NCBI GenBank assembly: GCA_964592405.1
Contig: CAZQBY010000008.1
Span: forward strand, 1-53,327
Direction of reading: 5' to 3'
Length of the DNA: 53,327 nucleotides
DNA from: an uncultured archaeon
GTDB lineage: Archaea > Altiarchaeota > Altiarchaeia > JAFGQM01
Shown here: positions 1 through 8,422 of the stretch, one piece after another
Position numbering within the stretch: the stretch's first letter is position 1
Layout of the letters: every line of letters starts with the position of its first letter
Notes under the pieces: model-generated
Told to the model about the DNA's origin: nothing
The model's database searches: none
The model's input: the letters and a program-made list of their open reading frames with translations, nothing else
Position numbers and translations under genes: made by a program

Positions 1-2
1 TT

Positions 3-230
3 GACAAGGCGGTTCTAGAGGCTATGGCGTGTGGATTGCCCGTGGTTGTTAGGGGGGAGATTTATAAGGAACTCAAGGAGCCCATCTCCTTCAAGGACAG
101 CAAGGACTTTGCCGCTGCCGTAGAAAGAGCTCTCTCAATGAGCAGTAGGGGTACTCTCCGGAGGGAGATTGTGGAGAACCATGAGCTGGGCAGGCTCATG
201 GACATGATTGTAGAGGTATTTGGAAGATGA
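3..230 (+). CDS. Glycosyltransferase family 4, C-terminal part (truncated by window edge)
   Basis: Open frame from nt 3 reads DKAVLEAMACGLPVVV..., the EAMAxGxPVV signature of GT-B/GT4 enzymes. Confidence 0.85.
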   Translation, partial: DKAVLEAMACGLPVVVRGEIYKELKEPISFKDSKDFAAAVERALSMSSRGTLRREIVENHELGRLMDMIVEVFGR

Positions 231-316
231 AGACACCCTATCTAAAGGAGATAGAGTTCCAGTTTAACTACTGGAATTCCGACAAGTTTAAGAAGCTTGT
301 CGAGATAATATCTTAG
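227..316 (+). pseudogene. 29-aa gene stump (MKTPYLKEIEFQFNYWNSDKFKKLVEIIS*) coupled to the GT4 stop
   Basis: ATG overlaps the GT4 stop (ATGA at 227-230) as in an operon, but the frame ends after 29 codons at the edge of the AT-rich segment. Confidence 0.4.
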
Positions 317-407
317 TGATTTGGTCCGTTTGACCTAATTCCCCTAAATATTCCATCACTCTACCTGACTGCGGGTTCTTGATAGACAGATAGTTAACCG
401 AATCGCA

Positions 408-1643
408 ATGGAGATAATAAACCTATCAAAAGAAAAGTGCGAACATTATCTTGAAGATAAACCAATTGACAAAGCCGTTTTATTTCCAGACGCTTTCCTA
501 AAGGACAAATATAAACATTTGGACTATGATATCGCGGTTCCTTCCAGTTCAGTAATTGTATCAGATTCATTAGCACCACAATTAAGAAGCAGAGGATTAT
601 ATTGTAGCATCTCATTATTACGACTAAATGTGGAAAACAGACCCAAAAACATAACAAAGATATACGACATTTTTAAAAAAATCCCTCAGCTTAAGACTAG
701 TAAATTATTATATCGCTTATGTCCACTAAAACACAAAAAGTATGATCTTTCTTTTTTTGAATATATTAAGGTACTCAAAGAAGGACCGGAATACTTAATA
801 AAAAAGCATAGAATAGAGGACCCGGTTATTGAGAGGGTATTCAGGAAAGAGCACATTTCTTTCAAAAAAACACCTCTAACCTGCCTAATAGGAAGACCCT
901 ACCTAAAGAATGATTTCGGGAAATCCTTCGCAGGAAATCATTTCATTGAGCTACAAGAAGTAAATAAAATTTATGACAGGCAAATCTCCAACAGCAATTC
1001 TCTCAATAAGGGCGATTTATTAATAACCTACCACACATCAGGACTGTCATTAGAGATATTCTTACAAAGAAAATATGTCAAGAAGTATCTGAAAAATAAA
1101 AAAGTAGAAGCAATAAAGGATAGAGCTACTGTAGACCGAGTATTGAATGCTCTCAACATAGTGAGGAATTATTCCTTGGCATATACACTAAATTTTTATG
1201 TAATTCTCAGAGATTTGTTTGAAAAAGAATTCAAAAGAAAAAATATTGTCGAATTCATTTTGTATGCTCCACATAATATGATCTCCAAAAAGGGGGACAA
1301 CTACCTATACCACCACAACGCAATCAGTCTCAAAAACAAGCTAAATTTTATAGCAGGTAATTATAATTTTGATTCCTTGATTGTTGCAAAAGGGGACAAT
1401 TCTGAAAGATTCATTGATTCAGCGGATCACGGCATTGCTAGATTTGTTTCATTAAATGAGTCAGACCTTACTGGCGATAAAATTAAGAGGATTTTAGTAA
1501 AGAATGGTAAAATAACAGAAACTTCTATTAAAAAATATTCCGAGCAAGTATTGAATGATTATATTGATCTAATGACGAGTAAGGGAATAATCAAACCAAT
1601 ATGTAGTTTAAGCCCTATAATCAATTATAAGGAGATAAAATGA
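408..1643 (+). CDS. Divergent RtcB-family (RNA ligase fold) protein
   Basis: RtcB motifs in the correct order: FPD(28), GLYC(66), AGNHFIELQ(N177/H178), TYHT(H209), APHN(H289/N290), SADHGIAR(H341), C-terminal LSPIINYK(408). Confidence 0.8.
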   Translation: MEIINLSKEKCEHYLEDKPIDKAVLFPDAFLKDKYKHLDYDIAVPSSSVIVSDSLAPQLRSRGLYCSISLLRLNVENRPKNITKIYDIFKKIPQLKTSKLLYRLCPLKHKKYDLSFFEYIKVLKEGPEYLIKKHRIEDPVIERVFRKEHISFKKTPLTCLIGRPYLKNDFGKSFAGNHFIELQEVNKIYDRQISNSNSLNKGDLLITYHTSGLSLEIFLQRKYVKKYLKNKKVEAIKDRATVDRVLNALNIVRNYSLAYTLNFYVILRDLFEKEFKRKNIVEFILYAPHNMISKKGDNYLYHHNAISLKNKLNFIAGNYNFDSLIVAKGDNSERFIDSADHGIARFVSLNESDLTGDKIKRILVKNGKITETSIKKYSEQVLNDYIDLMTSKGIIKPICSLSPIINYKEIK

Positions 1644-1723
1644 GAAGATTCAACCACAGACGTGTTTTTCCAATTCCCCCACCATTACATTTAGTGCTGC
1701 CGGGCTGATTCTTTGGAATATGC

Positions 1724-1801
1724 TCATTTTTTCGTAATCTTGGCGGGAACTCCCTGTGCTATACAGTCGGGGGGAACGTCTTTGGTGACAACCGCCCCTC
1801 C
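1724..1801 (-). pseudogene. C-terminal remnant of a hexapeptide-repeat (LbH) acetyltransferase
   Basis: Minus strand reads GGAVVTKDVPPDCIAQGVPAKITKK*, the typical LbH C-terminus (G.VVTKDVP....G.PAK); no start codon or N-terminal part. Confidence 0.8.
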
Positions 1802-2533
1802 TCACTGAAACCATTTTCTAATAACTCTCAACTTATATTTAACAAATGTTACTAGGTGAAATAGATAACTATTCTTTATCGACCTACACCCGACATAATT
1901 TTTAAAATGGTCAAAAGCAAATTTATTTTTTGCTTTATATTCAAATTCGTTGCGTATTATCTTATCCCACTTTTTTATATTCTTCCTTGTTGCTATAAAA
2001 AACAAGTAAACTGAGCATAGTTTATCTTCATTAAATGATGAATAAAGAACCTTCATCCCATTATCCTCAAACATCCTTTTCATGGCTAGAGGGGTGAATC
2101 TCCAATAATCTCCATAATCTGCATGCATTTGCTGGAGAAAAGGCACAACTATAATTACAATATCCCTGCTCATCAAACAAATATTTTCAAAAGCTTTCTT
2201 GAAATCGTAGATGTGTTCTAAAGTAGTATGATTATAAACCACATCAAATTTTCTAATTAATTCTTTTGGCAAGGGCTTCTCTAAATCTAAGAAAATTTCA
2301 TTATCAAATCCCTGATAACCTTTTGCCTCGCTCTTGTAGTTTGTTATTGTATATGATTTGGCGTTTTTGAAGTAGTCCTTATAAAGGCCACCCTCCTTGT
2401 CACTATCTCTCCATCCAGACACGTTCACCACATCTCCCGTGAACAGATGTGCAAAACGCCTTAATTCTCTATTCGACCATAATCTCGGTACGCGAAACTT
2501 CCGGTCAACAAACAATCTTTTATATCCATCCAT
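1802..2533 (-). CDS. Class I SAM-dependent methyltransferase-like protein (glycan-locus type)
   Basis: FDVV..HTTLEH and VPF...H..YGDYWRFT motifs; motif I degenerate (VVNVSG). Confidence 0.7.
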   Translation of the reverse strand: MDGYKRLFVDRKFRVPRLWSNRELRRFAHLFTGDVVNVSGWRDSDKEGGLYKDYFKNAKSYTITNYKSEAKGYQGFDNEIFLDLEKPLPKELIRKFDVVYNHTTLEHIYDFKKAFENICLMSRDIVIIVVPFLQQMHADYGDYWRFTPLAMKRMFEDNGMKVLYSSFNEDKLCSVYLFFIATRKNIKKWDKIIRNEFEYKAKNKFAFDHFKNYVGCRSIKNSYLFHLVTFVKYKLRVIRKWFQ

Positions 2534-3175
2534 CTAGTCTGTTTTGTACGCTATAGTGTAAAAGGCATATGGCATAAAACTGTGATCTAGGTTGCTTTTC
2601 TTAGATACATCACCATAATTACGAGTTATGAGCCATTCTGTGTGTCTGAGTAGGAAGGACAGAAACTTCCAGTAGATTTTTAGGGGTTTCCAAGGAGCTT
2701 TTGTTTGAAAGATAACTCTATCAATGAGGAAGGAGAGACTTTCGCTCGTTGTCATGTCAGTTGTTATACTAATTTTTCCAAACCCGGCATCCGAAAGCAT
2801 CTTTCTTAGGGCGGTATCAGTGAAACGCCAGTAGTCTTGTGGATAAGTGTGTATGGGGGTCATGAAAGGTGTGCTCATTATCAACTTACCGTTTGGCTTC
2901 AATACTCTATGAATCTCCAATAATACCTTTTGAGGATTCTCACAATGTTCAAGAGTATTAAGACAGAGGACTATATCATAACTATTATCTTTTACCATGT
3001 GCATATCGTGTCCATCCGCAACTATATCTGGTTTTGTTTCAGGGTTTATGTTCAAAGAAACCCTATTTGGAAAGAACCCCCTGAGACCTGTCCCAGTTCC
3101 ACCCACATCCAAGGTTTTCGCATTACTAGCTTGTTGCTGTAAGAAGATTTCTAGCTTTTGTCTAGATAGTTTCAT
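2534..3175 (-). CDS. Class I SAM-dependent methyltransferase (Methyltransf_11-like)
   Basis: TLDVGGTG motif I, YDIVLC..TLEH, RVLKPNG, PF..PIH..PQDYWRFT. Confidence 0.85.
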   Translation of the reverse strand: MKLSRQKLEIFLQQQASNAKTLDVGGTGTGLRGFFPNRVSLNINPETKPDIVADGHDMHMVKDNSYDIVLCLNTLEHCENPQKVLLEIHRVLKPNGKLIMSTPFMTPIHTYPQDYWRFTDTALRKMLSDAGFGKISITTDMTTSESLSFLIDRVIFQTKAPWKPLKIYWKFLSFLLRHTEWLITRNYGDVSKKSNLDHSFMPYAFYTIAYKTD

Positions 3176-3190
3176 TATCCCCAGCCTGTT

Positions 3191-4318
3191 TCAATGTTTA
3201 TTAAGTTTGGAGAGTTCTCTACTAATCCTCAGCGCCTTTTTCTCAAACGTATTTTCTCTTGCTTGATTAAAACAACGCTCCCCATACTCTTTGCAGAGCC
3301 TCCCATCTTTGTATAACCTCATAACTGCTTTTTTCATCGACATAATATCTCCCACAGCATACAATTCTCCGGTTTTCCCCGGAATTATCTCTTCGCGATT
3401 CGTCATGGTATCCGTCGCAATAATAGGCCTTTTAGCAAAGAGGTACTCAAAAATCTTAGTCGGAGACCCCCCAGGCCCAGCCCGCCTCATTGGGGCAATA
3501 AGTACATCTGCAGCCTGCTGATACTTCGCAATCTCACCATACTCTACATACCCCTTAAAAATAACGTTATTCTTTTTTACCCGCCTTCTAAGGAGGTCTA
3601 TCTGTTTTTTAGTACCACCAACAATCACAATGCAGATATCATCACTGTCGAGATTATTTGATAATTCTATAATATCACCAACACCCGTATATTCTTTTAA
3701 AGAGCCCGTATAAACAATTAGAAATTTATTTTCTGGTAACTCTAGTTCCTTTCTTAAATCTGTTTTTTTACCAAAACACCTATCAAATAATCTTTCATCT
3801 ACACTACATTTTATAACTATATTATTCTCATTAAGGTGTTTATACTCTTTTTGCAATGCATTTGTTATAGACACTACTAAAACACTTCGTTTAATAGACA
3901 TCTCCCTAAATATCTTGTCTATCCCGCGTCCCCTGTCGGTTCTATGGTTTTCAAATATCAGTTTTGCATTGCTTAATAAAGATGCTATTTCTAGCATGGG
4001 ATATAACAACGGCTCCCTAAAGTACAAATAATCATATCGGCCTTCTACAATCGCTAAGAATGCAAAAATAAAAAAGTTTAATCGTCTGAGAATACCATAA
4101 CCTTTTTCATTGTTCTTTTGAAGTCGCAATGTGAATTTATGCTTAATACCATATTTTTGATTTATATCCCCCTTTTTTGAATCTCTACAAATCAAAGAAA
4201 CATTAAAAAAAGATTGCAGTGCCTCACAAGTCTTTGTTATTTGTATTGAATGGGAAGAATTATTTGGAATAGCCGCAAATGAGACATAAGCTATCCCTTT
4301 CTTATTACCCTTTTCCAT
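3191..4318 (-). CDS. Glycosyltransferase family 4
   Basis: IVYTGSL, ADVLIAP, SPTKIFEYL..KRPIIATD. Confidence 0.9.
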   Translation of the reverse strand: MEKGNKKGIAYVSFAAIPNNSSHSIQITKTCEALQSFFNVSLICRDSKKGDINQKYGIKHKFTLRLQKNNEKGYGILRRLNFFIFAFLAIVEGRYDYLYFREPLLYPMLEIASLLSNAKLIFENHRTDRGRGIDKIFREMSIKRSVLVVSITNALQKEYKHLNENNIVIKCSVDERLFDRCFGKKTDLRKELELPENKFLIVYTGSLKEYTGVGDIIELSNNLDSDDICIVIVGGTKKQIDLLRRRVKKNNVIFKGYVEYGEIAKYQQAADVLIAPMRRAGPGGSPTKIFEYLFAKRPIIATDTMTNREEIIPGKTGELYAVGDIMSMKKAVMRLYKDGRLCKEYGERCFNQARENTFEKKALRISRELSKLNKH

Positions 4319-4320
4319 AT

Positions 4321-5082
4321 TTATCTCTGGCCATTCTTATAGGCCAAATCCTCTCTTCTTATTCTAACTATGTTTGAGGTCAATTTTCCACTCAGATTAA
4401 CCAAAATTTGTCTTAGGAGTCTGTACATACTAGCCACCAGATATATATGTAAATAATATTCCAAATTGATGAAATAGAAAATCACCAAAAGATATATGGT
4501 AATATCGGGGTAAAGAATACCATTAGGAAGTCCCAAAACTTTAGAACCGACTAGTTTATTAAACGAAGAGTGACTTTCTTTGATATTAACTCCTTCCAAT
4601 TTCCTACTGATCCCAATATACAGTTTCCTATCAATTCTTATCAGAATAAAAATTACTGTCACAAGCATTCCCTCAAAAAGAAATTTGCTGTAACCAATAC
4701 TATTGAACAAATTATAACCTATTGCCAAAAACACACTTGGAAAAACCAAAAAATGGTACCATTCATCTAAATACACTCCGATCGCTGAGAACTCCCCTCT
4801 ATATCGAGCTACCTCACCATCACATTTGTCAAATAAAAAACTCAGATACAATAAAACTACCCCTAAGAAGAAAAATAATGCTGTTGGTAAAGAAATAAAT
4901 ATCAATGAAGCAACCCCAAGAGCAATGGAAGAAAAGGTTATGTAATTGGGTCTTATCCCCAGTTTGATAAAGACATAGGTTGGGTATATCGACCATATTC
5001 TATGAATTCTATAAAAAAAAGGTAGGGGTTTTTCTACCTTTCTTTTTTGACATTTTTCTCTCAGTTCTTTAATATCCATCAT
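4321..5082 (-). CDS. CDP-alcohol phosphatidyltransferase/phosphotransferase family membrane protein
   Basis: PNYIT and DKCDGEVAR...G.YLD signature (DxxDGxxAR...GxxxD); hydrophobic helices; ATG at 5082/5079 preferred over TTG at 5160. Confidence 0.85.
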   Translation of the reverse strand: MMDIKELREKCQKRKVEKPLPFFYRIHRIWSIYPTYVFIKLGIRPNYITFSSIALGVASLIFISLPTALFFFLGVVLLYLSFLFDKCDGEVARYRGEFSAIGVYLDEWYHFLVFPSVFLAIGYNLFNSIGYSKFLFEGMLVTVIFILIRIDRKLYIGISRKLEGVNIKESHSSFNKLVGSKVLGLPNGILYPDITIYLLVIFYFINLEYYLHIYLVASMYRLLRQILVNLSGKLTSNIVRIRREDLAYKNGQR

Positions 5083-5216
5083 ATTTTTGTGGGCCAGAGC
5101 CTTCGATTTGATTGTAATTCTCGCTCCCTTTATTGTGATACGTGCGCACGAGATGCCCAATAACTCAGAAAATACACATATTAGGCTTTATATCTAAATA
5201 AAATAAAAATTAGAAA

Positions 5217-6590
5217 ATGTCCACCACATTTTTGAATAAATTCATCAAGAATTTCATTTGGATGCTAACTGGCAGTATATCCTCAACTTTTATAAACTTT
5301 TTTAGCTCATTGATAATAGTCATAAATCTTACTGTTTTTGACTACGGTATGTTAACACTAGCCCTCTCTACCACCAGTATACTATTTGCCTTCGTTGGTC
5401 TTGGGATCGATTCCGTTGTGACTGCGGAAATTAATCAAGAGCGAGGAGCCGGGAGACTGGATAAGGCCAAGAAGATACTACACTCCTTCTCAAAGTTATA
5501 CATCATAATGGGTGTTGTGTTTTCAATATCAATATTTCTTTTTTCTGATGCCTTAGCAGAGCTATTATCTAAACCTGAAGTGTCCGGGTTATTGAAGATA
5601 GCCTCCCTAACAATTCTAATGTACACAACAAAAGCTATCTTCCGTCTAATTTTTCATTCCTCACTACATTTCAAATATTTCAGCATGATGGAGATAGCAG
5701 AGTCCTTCTCTAGACTTGGTATGATTCTCTGCTTAATAACAATGGGTTTATTCAATTTACAAACAGCATTTCTTAGTTATCCACTATCTATAGCAATATC
5801 CACCTCTCTTTCCTCTCTCTTTCTCCACAAGTCCTTATCCATCTATACCCAAATAAAGGCTTCTAAGGAAAACCTTCTAAGGAAAATGATATTTCAACAT
5901 GGCAAGTATGCTGTTATCAGAACTCTATTCAATACCGTCACCAACAATATTACTGTATGGCTCATTGAGTTGCTACTGAATGTGGAAGCTGTGGGCATCT
6001 TTGCCTTGGCAAGACGGATACTCACATTCATGAGAATATTTTTGACCTCATTAGAAGGAGTTTTAATACCAACGATTTCGTATGAGATAACAAGAAACAA
6101 GGAAAGGGTCAAGAGAATCTTCACACGGGGAATTAAATATGGACTTATAGTCTCATCCATAGTGACTTTGTTGGCGATAATATTCATTGTCCCACTCCTT
6201 AATTTTTTGGGTCTGGAGAAATATTATCCCTCTATACCCGTTTTCAATATAATAATCCTGCACCTGATAGTTGTCGGAGCCAGCTATCTTATGAGACCCT
6301 TATTCTTTGCCTTGAAGGCACAGAAGGAACTAACTCTGATATACATATTTGACACTTTCCTTTATTCAGCTCTTTTGTTTATATTAATCTACCTGACAAA
6401 TTCTCCTGTTGGTGCAGCCGCCGCCGTAGTACTGAATGGAGTTATAATAGTTTTTATAAGATATTGGATCTTGGTCAGATTGAATCCTAGTTTAAAGATA
6501 TCCCCTAAAGAATTGCTCAAAATAGACACTTATGATAAAAAAATGCTCACGAGAGTTTGGAAGGGGGTGAAACGAAGAGCACGGGTCTGA
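5217..6590 (+). CDS. Oligosaccharide flippase (Wzx/RfbX, MOP superfamily)
   Basis: 457 aa with many hydrophobic segments; 'L...DYG' after TM1, 'EAVGIFALA' and 'VGAAAA' motifs; glycan-locus context. Confidence 0.85.
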   Translation: MSTTFLNKFIKNFIWMLTGSISSTFINFFSSLIIVINLTVFDYGMLTLALSTTSILFAFVGLGIDSVVTAEINQERGAGRLDKAKKILHSFSKLYIIMGVVFSISIFLFSDALAELLSKPEVSGLLKIASLTILMYTTKAIFRLIFHSSLHFKYFSMMEIAESFSRLGMILCLITMGLFNLQTAFLSYPLSIAISTSLSSLFLHKSLSIYTQIKASKENLLRKMIFQHGKYAVIRTLFNTVTNNITVWLIELLLNVEAVGIFALARRILTFMRIFLTSLEGVLIPTISYEITRNKERVKRIFTRGIKYGLIVSSIVTLLAIIFIVPLLNFLGLEKYYPSIPVFNIIILHLIVVGASYLMRPLFFALKAQKELTLIYIFDTFLYSALLFILIYLTNSPVGAAAAVVLNGVIIVFIRYWILVRLNPSLKISPKELLKIDTYDKKMLTRVWKGVKRRARV

Positions 6591-6635
6591 ACCATTCTCC
6601 ATATAAATTAGAGCGACTTTTATACCAACTATTTC

Positions 6636-7559
6636 TTATTTTTGAAACCAATCAAGTGTTTTTCTCAATCCCTCCTCCAACCCGACCTTAGGCTCCCATC
6701 CCAAGACCTTCTTTGCCTTTGATATGTCCGGCTGCCGGGTCTTTGGGTCGTCCACCGGAAGTGGCTTGTACACTATTTCGCTTCCTGAGCCGGTTATCTC
6801 AAGAACCTTTTTGGCGAATTCCATGATTGTCATCTCCCTAGGGTTTCCGAGATTTACTGGCTCGTTCTCTTTGGATTCCAGCAGCCTGCAGATGCCCTCA
6901 ATCATGTCTGATACATAACAGAAGCTCCTGCTTTGACTGCCGTCGCCGTAGACGGTTAATGGCTCCCCCCTCAGTGCTTGGTTAAGAAAGTTTGGCACTA
7001 CCCTGCCGTCATCCATCCTCATCCTCGGGCCGTAGGTGTTGAATATTCTAGCGATCTTAGTGTCCATTTTGTGCACCCTGCGGTATGCCATGGTCAGGGC
7101 CTCCGCAAACCGTTTGGCTTCATCATAAACACCTCTCGGCCCGATGGGGTTGACGTTTCCCCAGTAGGATTCAGGCTGTGGGCGTACCAACGGGTCGCCA
7201 TAAACCTCAGAAGTGGAAGCCAGCAGGAATTTGGCCCCCTTGGCCTTTGCAAGGCCAAGAGCATTGTGCGTTCCAAGGGCTCCGACCTTGAGCGTTTGTA
7301 TTGGCATCCTCGTATAATCCACAGGACTCGCAGGCGAGGCGAAGTGCAGAACTGCATCCAGAGAACCATCCACCCTTATGAACTGGCTTACATCGTGCCG
7401 GACATACTCAAAGTTTGGTGTTCCTTCCAAATGTTTTATATTATTTCTGCTTCCGGTGCACAGGTTATCCATACAGATGACCTCATACCCCTCTTCTATA
7501 AAGCGGTCGCACAGATGACTTCCCAGAAATCCGGCACCGCCGGTGATTAGAATTCTCAT
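6636..7559 (-). CDS. uxs: UDP-glucuronate decarboxylase (UDP-xylose synthase), extended SDR
   Basis: [56 protein letters not shown]. Confidence 0.9.
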   Translation of the reverse strand: MRILITGGAGFLGSHLCDRFIEEGYEVICMDNLCTGSRNNIKHLEGTPNFEYVRHDVSQFIRVDGSLDAVLHFASPASPVDYTRMPIQTLKVGALGTHNALGLAKAKGAKFLLASTSEVYGDPLVRPQPESYWGNVNPIGPRGVYDEAKRFAEALTMAYRRVHKMDTKIARIFNTYGPRMRMDDGRVVPNFLNQALRGEPLTVYGDGSQSRSFCYVSDMIEGICRLLESKENEPVNLGNPREMTIMEFAKKVLEITGSGSEIVYKPLPVDDPKTRQPDISKAKKVLGWEPKVGLEEGLRKTLDWFQK

Positions 7560-8422
7560 TTCAGACTCTTCAAATAACGTTTGAAATCAGGCCCGACTTC
7601 CGGGTGCATGAGCCCAAAGTCGACGATTGCGCGCAGGTAGTCAAATTTATCTCCAATGTCGTAGCGCATGCCCTCAAACTCGTAGCCGTAGATCTTCTGC
7701 GTCTTGAGCAGCCCAGCCAGCGCGTCCGTCAGCTGTATCTCGTGCTCCGCGCCCAGCTTGGTCTTCTCTATCTCGTCGAATATCTCCGGGGTCAGCACAT
7801 ATCTGCCGATTATGCCAAGGTTCGATGGGACCTCCTCGGCCTTCGGCTTCTCGACCAGTTTGTCTATCTCGATGGTGCCGTCGCCCATCTCCTTTCCGCT
7901 GATTATCCCATACTTGTGGATGTTCTCCTTACTGACCCTCTCTACCGCGATGGTGCTGCATCCGCACCTACCGAACACATCCATCAGCTGCTTAGTGCAG
8001 GGTGTGTCGTTCTGGACTATCGTGTCGCCCAGCAGGACGGCGAAAGGCTCGTTCCCTATGTGGCTCTTGGCACAGAGTATGGCATGGCCTAGCCCCAACT
8101 GTTCCTTCTGCCTGATATAGTGTATATCACCCATTTCCTCAAGCCTGCGTATGTCCTTTAAGAGCTCATTCTTGTGGTAGAGTTCCAAATGCCTTTCCAG
8201 TTCAATATTTCTGTCAAAATAATCCTCTATTGCACGCTTGCCCCTACCTGTGATTATCAATATGTCCGTTATACCCGAATCGACGGCCTCCTCAACGACG
8301 TAATGTATAGTTGGCCTGTCCACTATTGGCAACATCTCCTTCGGCTGCGCCTTGGTGGCCGGCAGAAATCTCGTTCCCAGTCCGGCTGCAGGTATGACCG
8401 CTTTCCTGACTCTCTTTTTCAT
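7556..8422 (-). CDS. galU: UTP--glucose-1-phosphate uridylyltransferase
   Basis: [44 protein letters not shown]. Confidence 0.97.
   Translation of the reverse strand: MKKRVRKAVIPAAGLGTRFLPATKAQPKEMLPIVDRPTIHYVVEEAVDSGITDILIITGRGKRAIEDYFDRNIELERHLELYHKNELLKDIRRLEEMGDIHYIRQKEQLGLGHAILCAKSHIGNEPFAVLLGDTIVQNDTPCTKQLMDVFGRCGCSTIAVERVSKENIHKYGIISGKEMGDGTIEIDKLVEKPKAEEVPSNLGIIGRYVLTPEIFDEIEKTKLGAEHEIQLTDALAGLLKTQKIYGYEFEGMRYDIGDKFDYLRAIVDFGLMHPEVGPDFKRYLKSLK

Noticed and set aside
1724-1804. TGA readthrough or selenocysteine recoding joining the methyltransferase to the in-frame LbH tail
   Set aside because: The tail is only 25 aa and cannot form an LbH domain; TGA serves as a normal stop in many genes here; a recombination scar is the simpler explanation
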